Assembly (NCBI RefSeq): GCF_001194135.2
Contig: NC_068982.1
Span: 112,631,682 to 112,695,681, forward strand
Length of the DNA: 64,000 nt
DNA from: Octopus bimaculoides
Lineage: Eukaryota
Direction of reading: 5' to 3'
Below the pieces are notes generated by a model that had not been told where the DNA came from, searched no databases, and saw only the letters and a list, made by a program, of their open reading frames with translations. How positions within the stretch are numbered: position 1 is the stretch's first letter; the number at the start of each line of letters is the position of its first letter. Of this stretch, positions 27,485 through 40,200 are shown in pieces. The position numbers were made by a program, and so were the translations under genes.

Positions 27485-28953
27485 AACATCGGCCATTTTT
27501 CTTTCTTTCTATCCGTTGTAGCTGGAACAAGGAAAATGTGTTCTTGTTTGTCTCCTGTTCTTGCATGATTTACGCGTTCGTCACCACAACCTCGTCTATG
27601 CTTAGCAGCCCTTCCTGTTATTTTTACTGTCCTGTTTGTATCACCTATTTTGATCCTCTGCAAAATCCCAAATTTTATTTAATTTGCTTTGCAGGAGCAA
27701 CTGTTTTATCGAAAACGCATATTGTCGTTAAATGCTCGAAATACGAGACTAGAAAAGCAGCCAACAACTGATGAAGTGTCGTTCTTTTGTTTGTTTTGTC
27801 TTCCATTTGTGTCTTTCGTTGTTCGAAAGAATAGTTCATGTTGTTTATAAGAAGATTCTAGATTCAAGAGTATATGCCACAGTTACATACAATTAGGCAC
27901 ACAAATATATATATAGATACAACNNNNNNNNNNNNNNNNNNNNNNNNNNNNNNNNNNNNNNNNNNNNNNNNNNNNNNNNNNNNNNNNNNNNNNNNNNNNN
28001 NNNNNNNNNNNNNNNNNNNNNNNNNNNNNNNNNNNNNNNNNNNNNNNNNNNNNNNNNNNNNNNNNNNNNNNNNNNNNNNNNNNNNNNNNNNNNNNNNNNN
28101 NNNNNNNNNNNNNNNNNNNNNNNNNNNNNATATATATGAATACATGTATATATATGCATGTATATGTACGTATATATCGACACACACACATAAGCATGTT
28201 GTATACGTACACTTCACATTTTATTTTCCTTTTTTCCTTCGTCAAAAGTTTATTTTCTTACTCAAATTTAAAAACAAAAAAATACTGTTATACGCATTAA
28301 CCTCATTAACCAGATGCTTTAGTAGGGTTTATATTTCTTTTTACTTTATGTAGGCGGAATTAGCATTGCAGGGCATGGGAAAAAAAAACGTAGAATTTCG
28401 CAATGAATTTCCAAACCAATATCTGTTGTGTTCCTAATATTGAAGCAATTACATTGTCAATGTGATTAATCATGTAAATTTGTAACACGATGTACACTAC
28501 GAAAATATAATTAAATTTCGTTCTCTTCATTTGAATGTAGCAGTAACTACCATGTTACAATACTTATGACAAGTGAGTACAAATGTCAAATTTTGATTCA
28601 TTTAGCTGATATGAACAAAGATTTTCATGTCATATAGTATTACATATTATTGAATTTATGATGTTCTTTTTTATGAATTTGTGACGAATTAATTATATTC
28701 TACCAAATCAAGAACAGATAAATGATAAAACTATTGAAATATGTTAGTATTTACATATTAAATGTATATATACTTATATGTGTGTGGCATATTCTAACCC
28801 ATAAGAAAGTCAATCCCAGTGTTTTGTCACGGAGAAATTTTCTCGCTGTCGACAAACGATGTAAATACACGAAAATCAGCTCGCAGCACCATCTACCTAA
28901 ACTGTGAGTTGCACCATTCCGGAGTGGTTGTCTCCTCTTCACAGAAAGTGGGC

Positions 28954-28984
<31 letters not shown>

Positions 28985-29044
28985 TGTATGTATGCATGTA
29001 TGTATGTATGCATGTATTTATGTTTATATGTATGTATACGTATA

Positions 29045-29410
29045 TTAAGTCAAGACATAAAGCTTTCTTTAACTTTGCCAAAGGAATGACCTTAATGTAC
29101 TACAACGACGGCACTTTCAGAGGAAACGAACAGTTCAAAAGTGTTTTCCCTACTCATTTAGGCATGCAGGCCATAGATGAAGTAGACGCAAACTGTCAAA
29201 TCATGCAAACGAACCCTTGCAAAATCATTGCAGCTTTTTTTTTTTTCAGTGCTTCCTTTCAAGTGGTTAAACTCCCAGGCAAATTGAAGAAGCGAATACT
29301 ATGCCCTATCTATAAAGGAGGAAATAGAACAAATACTAAAAACTCTCTGGAATCATACATCACCAAAATCATGAAACATAATCTGAGGGAAAATAACTGG
29401 GTTTCTTGAA
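29045..29410 (+). pseudogene. Decayed non-LTR retrotransposon (CR1/Jockey-like) pre-RT fragment
   Basis: 3' part of ORF 28819..29409: KAFFNFAK..QAIDEVD..KLPGKLKKRILCPIYKGGNRTNTKN-SLESYITKIM..LRENN. Resembles LPxxWKxAxIxPIxKxGxRxxxxNYRPISLTS with deletions. Confidence 0.55.
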
Positions 29411-29736
29411 GAGATTTTGTATACTTATTTATTTACCCTCTCCTCCCAAAATGAGCAACCACCTCCCCTGTCCTGAATAATAATGATTACCAGCTACCTC
29501 CCCTCAGATTTTTCCACCTGTTGATTCATTTCATTCACGGATCCCTACACACAACATGGACTAAAATCTTCTTAAGAAAATACGAAATTTAAATGATTTT
29601 AATGTTATGATTAGCGAAAGCGAATCCGGTCGAAAAACACAATATCACAATTTCACTTATGAAATATATTAAAAAACTATGTAAACTATGTAAATTGTGC
29701 GCATTTTCCTTCTTTTATAGATACGTATTTCTGCTG

Positions 29737-29872
29737 TTTACAGCGATGCTTGGAAGGAAGGTGTGTAGCGTGTGATCGTCATATTCACTATGACGGAGAA
29801 AGTTGAGCAGAGAATCTGCATCAAATTTTACCAAAGGCTTGGTGATACCTGTTCAGAGGCCTACGCAAAGTT
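29737..29872 (+). mobile_element. Mariner 5' fragment (copy 1)
   Basis: ATG at 29790: MTEKVEQRICIKFYQRLGDTCSEAYAK, a mariner N-terminal EQRxxIKF motif. Confidence 0.8.
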
Positions 29873-30311
29873 TTGAGAAAGTTTTCACTTTTCTCGACAC
29901 AATCAAAGAGATCTTGTGCAACTGAAACCCGAGTGACATTTTGGTCAGCTGAAAGTAATAGTAATTGGCACAAAGTTGACAGACAAGCGTCTCACACATA
30001 AATCTTCAGTGATAATGGATTGAACTAAACCGTAACTAATCTGCACATCCTCTGATAACTCACGAATGGTGATTCGACGATACCCCTTAGAGCTGCACGC
30101 ACATCTGCGATTTTTTTCTCAGTCCTGCTGGTTGCGGGTCTCCCAGCACGCTCGTCAATATCGACATTTTTTAGGCCATCTTGGAAACGTCCCCATACAC
30201 TTTCTGCGACCTTGCGTTGACTTCTGAGTAAGTGTTGCCATGACAACTTTCTCTGTTATGGTCAATGCAATAATTACACACTACACACCTTCTTCCAAGC
30301 AATGCTGTAAA
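29864..30311 (-). mobile_element. Mariner fragment (copy 2, same family, opposite strand)
   Basis: With frameshifts: GNTYSEVNARSQKVYG / RFQDGLKNVDIDERAGRPATSRTEKKIADVRAAL / RRITIRELSEDVQISYGLVQSIITEDLCVRRLSVNFVP / LLSADQNVTRVSVAQDLFDCVEKSENFLKTL. Its 5' leader tttacagcattgcttggaag..aggtgtgtag is homologous to that of copy 1. Confidence 0.85.
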
Positions 30312-30620
30312 GAGCGTAAGTGAACCAGAACTTTGAGACTTAGTGCATATGAACAACAGAGTTCAAGGTGTTTGAAATCTGAGCCGCATAGAAAGCTCCC
30401 AACAAGGCTATGCGTATAGAAATTACTATTACTTACCCTAATCCTTTACTTTTGGGTTTATTGTAACATCTAACATCTTCGAAATGGAACTTACCTAGTA
30501 AGAAAAAAGTTATAGATTAGTATTTTTCATGCAAAATAGAGAACTAAATGGAAATTATATTTGTATAAATCTGACATAGAACATGGACAACTTTTCAATT
30601 TATACACACACACTTGTTGT

Positions 30621-30843
30621 AATAATTATTTCTACTCTAGGCACAAGGCCTTTGGAATTTTGGAGGAAGGGGGGGCTAGTCGATTATATCAACTCCAATG
30701 CATAACTGGTACTTATTTAATCAACACCGAAAGAATGAAAGGCAAAGTCGACCTCGGCGGAATTGAACTCAGAACGTAACAGCAGATGAAATACCGTTAA
30801 GCATTTCACCCGGAGTGCTAACAATTCTGTCAACTCGCCGCCT
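30621..30843 (-). mobile_element. SINE family A, near full length
   Basis: ggcacaaggcc...ctggtacttattt...aaggcaaagtcgacctcggcggaattgaactcagaacgta...aagcatttcacccggagtgctaacaattctgtcaactcgccgcc. Confidence 0.9.
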
Positions 30844-31724
30844 TAACACTTGTTGAAATAATCATATCGAAAACATGTAATATGTATGTTTTCCGTCTGA
30901 GTAGTATATAGTATGCAATATATCCCTTCCGCATGGCCTATCTCAATTAGAACAGTTCAAAATATAAGTTTTAGTAATGTATTAACCGAGTAAGGATTTG
31001 CGTAAGTGGTGTATTTCCTATTATATATTACGCAGATCTGAATCGTGTGTATTAAATGCTTTCAAAATACCATTATTCCGTTTGATTTCTTTATTACACA
31101 TTATACGACTTGATGCTCGTTGAAAATAGACTGTCCTGAGACCACTTACGCGGAAACTCTAATAAGGATTTTTAGTTATTTTAGTAAAATTATAGTAACA
31201 GGCATCGCTTTTAAGAGGTGCTCAATAGGTCCTGGCTTTGGGTAAAAGACAATATAGAAGGGTTAGTTAATTATGACTTTATGCAACATTTCAGGTCCAT
31301 TCGCTTACTGCAGTTTTTCGAAGCCCTGTAAAAGAACTCTGACGGTTAGGCCTGCAACCAAGGCTTACAGTGATACTTTTAAAACCAGGAACTTTTCCTC
31401 ACCCTATCGTATATGTGCGTGTGTGTGTAGGAGGGGGGGGGGGCGGATCTTTATGATTTGACGGGCAACACTTGTTTTCTTAACGAAACACTTTCAAACT
31501 TGGGACACTGGTAGAATGTGTCATACAAAACAACTTTTTTCTCTTAGCCTTCTTAACAAAAAATTGTACATCGCAAGTTATTTCATGTTAAAGTTGTCGT
31601 ATTTCTGTAATTTCAACCAATCACTGACGTATATTCAGCTGAACACAGTCAGTGCTCTTTTTATAAACAATAATTTTTACCGGTGTCAAGCGTGTTATTC
31701 CCTGTTTAATTATATCATTATTCC

Positions 31725-31939
31725 CTAGTAAGGGTTTAGGGTTTTAGGGTTATGGTTCGGTTTTAGAGTTAGGGTTAGAGTTTGGATTAGGGTTGGGGTT
31801 AGGGTTAGGGTTAGGGTTATGGTTATGAGTTATAGTGTTTTAGGGTTAGGGTTAAGGTTATGGCAAAAATAATCATAACCCTAACCGTAATCCTAAAACT
31901 AACCCTAACTCTAAAACCCGAACCCTAACCCTAAACTAG
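31725..31939. repeat. Interstitial telomere-like repeats in head-to-head orientation, (TTAGGG)n then (CCCTAA)n
   Basis: Degenerate TTAGGG units at 31730-31865 are followed by degenerate CCCTAA units at 31870-31936. Confidence 0.9.
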
Positions 31940-32754
31940 AGTTTCATTTGAAGAAGATTTGGCTGCTATTTCTAGGAAATGAAGCACTTGGTGGAGGTGC
32001 ATTAATAATTCTGCCAGCTCCAATAACAAGTGCAGGCAATATTCAAGTATTTTGATGGCTTTTTCCTCTTTGTTTACGATCCGTCTAGTTAATCGGAAAT
32101 GTCAAAACTAACGGGGATTAATACCATATACACCGTCACAGCACTAACTGTATTCAATTGAATGGACGTCAGTGATTAGTTGAAATTATCGAAATAAGAC
32201 AATTTTTAACGTGTAATAACTTCGAATACAAATTTTTTTATCTGTTCTATACCACAAAATATACAAGTATACGAAGTTTGAAAGTGTTTCGGTACCAAAA
32301 ACACTACATAAAAAAATGTTGCCCGTCAAATCATAAAGATCCGGGAGAGCGTGTGTGTGTGCATGCATACGAGCGCCTGTGTGAATGTATGCTATTATTC
32401 AGTTTATTTCAAGATTTCTTGCCAATAGAAAAGGAAGCGGTTTCTAACCTAGAGCCAAGGCTCCTTCATTGCAATTTCATCATCAACAACATGGATTTTT
32501 GCATGTATGTACGTATGTATGTATGTATGTATGTACAGATTTGTATGTTCTATGTATATATTCTCATGCATATAAAGACATGCTCATATATATTTAAATG
32601 ACAAAACTCAGCCTGTTTCGAATGCAGGAAATGTTTCCAGCTGAAATATTCCAATATATATATATATATATATATATANNNNNNNNNNNNNNNNNNNNNN
32701 NNNNNNNNNNNNNNNNNNNNNNNNNNNNNNNNNNNNNNNNNNNNNNNNNNNNNN

Positions 32755-32823
<69 letters not shown>

Positions 32824-33637
32824 GTTGGGAGTCTCTTTGCAATATTCGTTCGCTGTCTGCGGCAAAAGTTACGTCGGTTCATAATGGCTGTATATCAGAC
32901 GATCGGTGCTTACAAACTAAACCAATGGGCACTGCTGCAGGCTTATCATAATAGCCTTATCGCTGATATGATCTGAGGCTAAGCAACAATTATGCATTCC
33001 AGACAACGAAGAATTCTCTACATCAATATTTCATAAATCTTTCTGTCATTACCTCCATTGGCTTGGTGTATCTCACCATTTAACCCCTTTCTCAATGCAA
33101 AAATATATTACTTCAAATTGTAATATTTACAAACTTCTAAGTTACCCCACTATCTTCGAGTCAGAGTGTCACTACTAATGTCTTTATGTTTTCATAAGAA
33201 TAAAATAGAGTCTACTGAAAGATTCAATTCCAAAGCAATTAGTTTGTAGTAGGGTAACCTATGGAGTAGATCCATTTGCATTGCATTTACTTGAAAGACT
33301 CGAAAACGACGCTTAATTTAATCAATCTTTATATAACATACACACGCGTGATTGCAATGATATATTCTATACTGCCAGTTAAAAGTGACAAAGTAGACGT
33401 CTTCATTCTCGTTATCTTCAGCTCGTCTATTTAGGAAAGTAGTTGGAACTACGTTTCGTTATCTCCTTTCGGTTTTTTGACGTGCAATTTGAGAAATATT
33501 TGGCTGTTGTTTCTAGCTTCTTCATTGGCTTGAGGCTGTTATTTTTATTTAAATGTTTTAAAAATTACAAAATAAAGAACGATCTCCTTGACAGTTTTCT
33601 ATAGATGTCTTACGCCAGAAGGAATAGCAAATAATCT

Positions 33638-33848
33638 TTTCTACTCTACGAAATTTTGGGGGAGGGTCCAGTCGATTAGATCGACCCTAGTACGTAAATA
33701 GTACTTAATTTATTAACCCCGAAAGTATAAAAGGCAAAGTCGACCTCAACAGAATTTGAACTCAAAACGTAAAGACAGACGAAATACCTATTTCGTTATT
33801 GCCCACAAGGGGCTAAACATAGAGGGAACAAACAAAAACAGACGAACG
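33638..33848 (-). mobile_element. SINE family A variant, ends at a gap
   Basis: gtcgattagatcgaccctagt...aaaggcaaagtcgacctcaacagaatttgaactcaaaacgtaaagacagacgaaatac. Confidence 0.8.
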
Positions 33849-34085
33849 NNNNNNNNNNAAAAATGTAAGCAGTTTGTACAGTATTTATACTTTATCTTTC
33901 TTTAAACAGACAATATTTTAATGTTTTTAAAATTATTTTCAAGTGAATACCATTGCAAAAATTTTTTTGGCATAATTAAAAAATATCTAAAAGTGAAAAT
34001 GACTTTAAAAATACGTTAATATTTCGCAAAAGACCCGTTCGTAACCATAGGATCTTTTCGAATACATTCAACGTATCTCACCTCC

Positions 34086-34204
34086 AAAGATTTGGCTGCT
34101 ATTTCTAGCACGCCCTTCTACCACGTAACAGCTATTTGCGATAAAGAACCCGAAATACCTATTGCGTGGAAGCAGGGCGTGCAATAAACAGCAGCCAAAT
34201 CTTT
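34086..34204. repeat. 119-bp imperfect palindrome built from a dispersed motif
   Basis: The left arm aaagatttggctgctatttctagcacgcccttctaccacgtaacag matches the reverse complement of the right arm, aaagatttggctgctgtttattgcacgccctgcttccacgcaatag, at 39/46 positions by hand count. Confidence 0.8.
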
Positions 34205-35955
34205 CCTTTTCTGGGGAAAGGAGCCTTGTACGTGTGATTTTAATGTCACATTCGTTGAAAGCATGCGAAATAACCTGGAAAAGAAAAGAAAAAAAAATAT
34301 TTATATACGAAAGGAGTAAACAAAAACACGTTCTTCATCACAGACTTTCTCCTTCCATATGACTACCATGTTATACCAGTTTTAAAGAGGTTTTTAATTA
34401 ACGCTGTTCTTAAAGCAACGAATTCGGTTCGAAAGTAATAACGTATCCGCGGCAAGAAAAAAAAAATGAAAACATCATAAGGTTGCTCTACGATCAAAAA
34501 TTAATTAAATCATATCAGCAAATATTTTATTCACATTTTCTCTGTGATGTTTGGTTATTGATGTATTGTGGAAATTAATTCTCAAGATCGAACGAATCCT
34601 CAGTGTTGAAATTACCCAAAATGCTTGTTAAAAAGATGCAAAAGCTTTCGTCTGTTCTTTCTCTGAGGAGAACTGAAGAAATGCATCAATGAAGGGGAGA
34701 TAATTCTTTTCTGTTTACATTACCCCTTCACCTGTGTGAAGATTATTACGGATTAAAAGCTTTATGCTCATAGACACAACGTATGTATGTGTGTATGCTC
34801 CTATGTGTGTGCTTGAATTTCTGTGCAACATTTTAAAAGTGCACGCATTCGTGTTTATGAATGCAAGAGTAAGTGTGTATGCGTGCATGTGTGTGTGTGT
34901 CTGTGTGTGTTCATGTGTGTGTATGTGTGTACGCATGCACTGCCTGTACACGTCATAGTGCTATAGCTAGTGCAATTGTGTCTGTGTGTATGCTTGTCTT
35001 TGTTTTAATATTTACACGATGCCTCCTCTATGTTTCTGTGTACGTGTGTGTGCGTGCGTGTATATGAATGTATACACGCGCTATTTAACGTTAACATCCT
35101 CTTCTATCGATCTTTTTATGTTTTAATTTTCCCACCATGCCTACATACATTCGTAGTATGCATTGGTTAGAAATCTGCTACGATACTACATAAAACCTCA
35201 GCCGAACTGTACAACACATCAGGTGAGATTTTCTCGGGGAAAAGAAGAGTAAACTGTTGTACTCAAATAGCGTTTACTCTGGCTTTGGCTGTTCATGTGA
35301 AATATATGACATCATGTTTCCGGTTGTGATGTCATTGGGAGCTGGTTGCCAGGCGAACCGTTTCCTTCCATGGTTCAAATATCGAAATCATGAGAAAAAG
35401 ATGTTTAATAGATGATAGATTCTTTTTCCCTCTCTATATAATATACTGAGTTCTCAAACACTGTTTATATTATACATACTTTATAGAGAGAGACATATGT
35501 TATATACCTACGAAAGTGTAGAGTGTATAACATGATGTCGAAAAATTTAATATATAGATGAGATTCCCGCAGTAAACATGCATTCACCCAAGTATGCATG
35601 TGCGTGATGCATGTACATATCTATCTATACATATGTATGCATATATATACACATGTATATGTATATACGTATGCGTGTGAATGGTGATTTCTCTCACGCT
35701 CTTTCTCTCTCTACATACACGCATATATATCCACATATATATATATGTATATATATATGCATATATATACTTATATATATAGATACATTTATGTGCAAAT
35801 ATATATATTCATATGTACTTATACATACACACACACACACATTTATATATATATATATAAATATATATATATGCATAAATGCATACATCTATATGTATAT
35901 ATTTATTTGTGTTTGTATATATATGCATATAGATATAAATATATATATGTATATA

Positions 35956-35993
<38 letters not shown>

Positions 35994-36159
35994 TGTATCT
36001 ATACGGACACGCGTGAACACACGCGCACACAAAGGCATAAACATACACGCACATAAATTGTGCATAGAAGATATCGAGAAACAGATGCTACAAGCATTTA
36101 TTTGCAGCTATATGTCTATGTTCGTCTGTTTGTATATATATATATACTTATATATCATA

Positions 36160-36193
36160 TAACATCTATCTATCTATCCATCTACCCATCTAA

Positions 36194-36250
<57 letters not shown>
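36160..36250. repeat. (TCTA)n microsatellite
   Basis: Direct reading. Confidence 0.95.
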
Positions 36251-36252
<2 letters not shown>

Positions 36253-36505
36253 GTCAATAGATTTTCATAACGATAGTTAAAATCTACTTCGAGTTCCCCG
36301 TTCATATAAATATTCCTGGAGTGAAGGGAAATTAAATTCGTTCATATCGACCCCAGAAAGACTGTATCGAATGAATATACTGAGTATAGACGAAGGGAAT
36401 TACCCGCTTTAGAAGAATAATTATACTCCACGTTTATTGACTCACGTTTTCTCGTTTGTGAACCCAAGATATTCATATATACACAGTTATTCATATATAT
36501 ACACA

Positions 36506-36588
<83 letters not shown>

Positions 36589-37364
36589 TATGTAGCTGAG
36601 TGTATGTATGTACTGTGTGGTTAATAGCTTTATCTTGACCTGGTGGTTGAAAAGATTTCGATCCCCCAGGGTTTTGATGGCCTTATAATTTTCGTTCTTT
36701 TTTCTTTGAAGACTCCATTTGCATAATTTGGTAGACGAAGGCTGTATAGAAGCTAGTCGGTTGCGTGGTATCTGGAATTCATAGGCCCCTTCTTGTAGCA
36801 CACAATACCATTCTTCTCGTGGATTACATCATGGGTACAAAGTGTTATCAGAATTCTCAGTTACCCTATAATTCCAAGAATAAGCCGTTCATTTACTTAA
36901 ACAATTAGATTATTAATTGTATTGTTCCACTTACTATTAAGCTTTATGCTGTAAAGTTATTAGTTTTAGAAGGAAAAATATTGAGCATATACACAAGACA
37001 AACTATAGTTCTATATAACTATCATATTGGTAGTCCATGTTTCTGCAAAAGACATGTTACAGAATTGGTAAAGTAGTAGACCAAACGTCAGAACTCAGTA
37101 AATGTTTCTCAAAATCGAACCTCGATAAGAAATTATGCGTGATCGCCCAACCTGCTAGCTAACGAATCTCTTGGAAATGACGCGTTTACCGACTTCAGAA
37201 AATAAAGGGCATATTCGATAATAATATTCAATATATCACTGTTTACAAATGGCATGGTCACAGCTAGAACACCTCGCAAGAACATTAATATAAAAACATA
37301 AAATATAACATATTATCCAAAATATAAACTGTGTATTATTATCGGCGTAATCATTAGAGCGTGC

Positions 37365-37520
37365 TCTTTACATTCTGAGTTCAAATATCGCTGAGATCAA
37401 CTTTGCCTTTCATCCTTTCGAGGTCGATAAAATAAAGTACCAGTTAAGTACTGGAGTCGATGTAATCGAGTAACTCCTTTCCAATAAAACTGCCAGCGTT
37501 ATGCCAATATTTGAGACACA
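37365..37520 (+). mobile_element. SINE family A, 5'-truncated
   Basis: ttctgagttcaaatatcgctgagatcaactttgcctttcatcctttcgaggtcgataaaataaagtaccagttaagtactggagtcgatgtaatcga. Confidence 0.85.
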
Positions 37521-37529
37521 TTATTATTA

Positions 37530-37548
37530 CTATCATTATTATTATTAC

Positions 37549-37602
<54 letters not shown>
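37530..37602. repeat. (ATT)n microsatellite at the SINE A tail
   Basis: Direct reading. It follows the SINE 3' end. Confidence 0.95.
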
Positions 37603-37603
<1 letters not shown>

Positions 37604-38154
37604 GGTAATCGTTAAATACTTCTCCAGCTTCCTATTACTCACAACAAACCCTGCCAATTAACTAGCCAGTTGCAACATTACGCACTGGGTAGAATTCTAT
37701 GTATATTCCAGACTGCTGGAATCTAAGATATTGATTCGTTTTTCATGCTTCCTGTATAGCCTGCACCAGTGCCCTATTCAGACCTTAGTAGCTTGCTATA
37801 TATAGGTTCCGCTGGAGAATTCTTGCTTGTTGCAGCCAATATCTTCTGACCTAGATTTTGCAGATCATTGTTTTCAATAATTTTTCTTGGAAGATTGAAC
37901 ATCTAATCTCTAAACTAATGCAGTTTTAATGTCGACATTTTGTTTTTGTATCAATGAGAAAGTGGTCGTTTGATGAAACATTCGTTTGGTGTTGTTTGTA
38001 TAGAGAGGTGGTGTACTTTTAAACATTTACACACGGTTTCCGAATGAAAATTTCTTTCATTTTGTCTGACATATCAGTATGATTCATCTTCATCAATCGC
38101 TTGCAATCATGCGTTTCGACTTCAGTCCTATATGTGCGGCACCTCGAGTATGTG

Positions 38155-38952
38155 CCTTCTACTATAGCCCCGTTCCGACCAATGCCTTGTCAGTAAACTG
38201 TGTGGAAGCCCGTTGTATATATATATNNNNNNNNNNNNNNNNNNNNNNNNNNNNNNNNNNNNNNNNNNNNNNNNNNNNNNNNNNNNNNNNNNNNNNNNNN
38301 NNNNNNNNNNNNNNNNNNNNNNNNNNNNNNNNNNNNNNNNNNNNNNNNNNNNNNNNNNNNNNNNNNNNNNNNNNNNNNNNNNNNNNNNNNNNNNNNNNNN
38401 NNNNNNNNNNNNNNNNNNNNNNNNNNNNNNNNNNNNNNNNNNNNNNNNNNNNNNNNNNNNNNNNNNNNNNNNNNNNNNNNNNNNNNNNNNNNNNNNNNNN
38501 NNNNNNNNNNNNNNNNNNNNNNNNNNNNNNNNNNNNNNNNNNNNNNNNNNNNNNNNNNNNNNNNNNNNNNNNNNNNNNNNNNNNNNNNNNNNNNNNNNNN
38601 NNNNNNNNNNNNNNNNNNNNNNNNNNNNNNNNNNNNNNNNNNNNNNNNNNNNNNNNNNNNNNNNNNNNNNNNNNNNNNNNNNNNNNNNNNNNNNNNNNNN
38701 NNNNNNNNNNNNNNNNNNNNNNNNNNNNNNNNNNNNNNNNNNNNNNNNNNNNNNNNNNNNNNNNNNNNNNNNNNNNNNNNNNNNNNNNNNNNNNNNNNNN
38801 NNNNNNNNNNNNNNNNNNNNNNNNNNNNNNNNNNNNNNNNNNNNNNNNNNNNNNNNNNNNNNNNNNNNNNNNNNNNNNNNNNNNNNNNNNNNNNNNNNNN
38901 NNNNNNNNNNNNNNNNNNNNNNNNNNNNNNNNNNNNNNNNNNNNNNNNNNNN

Positions 38953-39045
<93 letters not shown>

Positions 39046-39240
39046 TATGCCCGCGCGTGTGTGTTTGTGAGTGTGTTTGTGTGCTTCTGTATGTGTGCTT
39101 GCGTTTGTCCTTTAATCGCAAAAGAACGATATCATAAGCGCCAGACTTAAAAATAGGTGCCAGGGTTGATTTGTGCGATTAGACCCATGAAGGCTGTGCT
39201 CCAGCATGGCCAGAGCACAATAACTGTAACAAGTAATAAA
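38155..39240 (+). mobile_element. SINE family B pieces flanking a gap, possibly one copy with an expanded internal microsatellite
   Basis: 5'-half motif ttctactatagccccgttccgaccaatgccttgt...gaagcccgttgtatata lies before the gap. 3'-tail motif ggctgtgctccagcatggcc...aacaagtaataaa lies after it. Confidence 0.55.
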
Positions 39241-39299
39241 TAAAAAATTAAAGGGTCTTCTTATCTATCTGTTTATCTGTCTGTCTGTCTGTATGTATG

Positions 39300-39333
<34 letters not shown>

Positions 39334-39499
39334 TGTATATCATTGGCCGTATTAAAAGTGATCATAACATCGCTTGATTTAACTTGTATCTACTTTGTAG
39401 GTTGTAATTGAAGTAAAGGCGGTCATTTATTGTTTCGAAGCAGTAACAATGTGCTGTTATTGCGTGGGTGAAGGATGTTTGATAATCACAGAAAACTCT

Positions 39500-40200
39500 A
39501 GGTTCTTTACGGAAATTACAGCATTTACAAGAGCAATGTGCACAGATGGATGAATATGTTAGAAAACATACCAAACAAGCCAAAATCTGTGAGCTCGCTG
39601 CACAACTGACTTTGGGTTATATAAAGAAGTTGGAGGAAGACTTTGGGTTATATAAAGTGTGTATGTAAACTGAGTGGCTTGAAAGCTGACACTGAACTGA
39701 AAGGAGAAGGTGAAAGGTGTTTTTGCTCTGATCCGCTAATAGCATTTGAAGCCAACGAAGATATTTATTTCGATCTAGTGGCAGGGAAGAAATGTATCTG
39801 TATGATCCAGAATCGAAAGTTCAATCCATGGAGTGATATATTCCTTTTCTCCAATATCTCAAATTAAATGTTCAAGAGTCGGCGATTGTCACCAGAAGTT
39901 ATAGTTAAATGCCCACTTTTGTTTTAGGATGTCGCGGAACGTAGCTTTACTGTGAACGGCAAGGGATACATTGAGATAGTCAAAACTTTAGAGACATTAT
40001 TTGAAGAAGTGACATGAAAGAATCTGAAGACGGTCCATACTTCCTATTACAATGCTCGATCACACATATTTTCGCTAACAAATCAAGCAACCAGTAAGAT
40101 ACATTGATTTATGTCCCCTCGTGTACCATGTAGACCATACCTGAAAATTTTCAAAGAGAATTCAGGAGTTGGGTTCCTCGAGGTTACAAGTGCATCACGT
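39500..40200 (+). pseudogene. Heavily decayed mariner transposase
   Basis: With frameshifts: KICELAAQ..EEDFGLYKVC..LIAFEANEDIYFDLVAG / EMYLYDPESKVQSME* / KSRRLSPEV..LLF*D..FTVNGKGYIEIVKTL..YYNARSH. Resembles TGDETWIYxYDPExKxQSxEW and HDNARPH. Confidence 0.7.
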
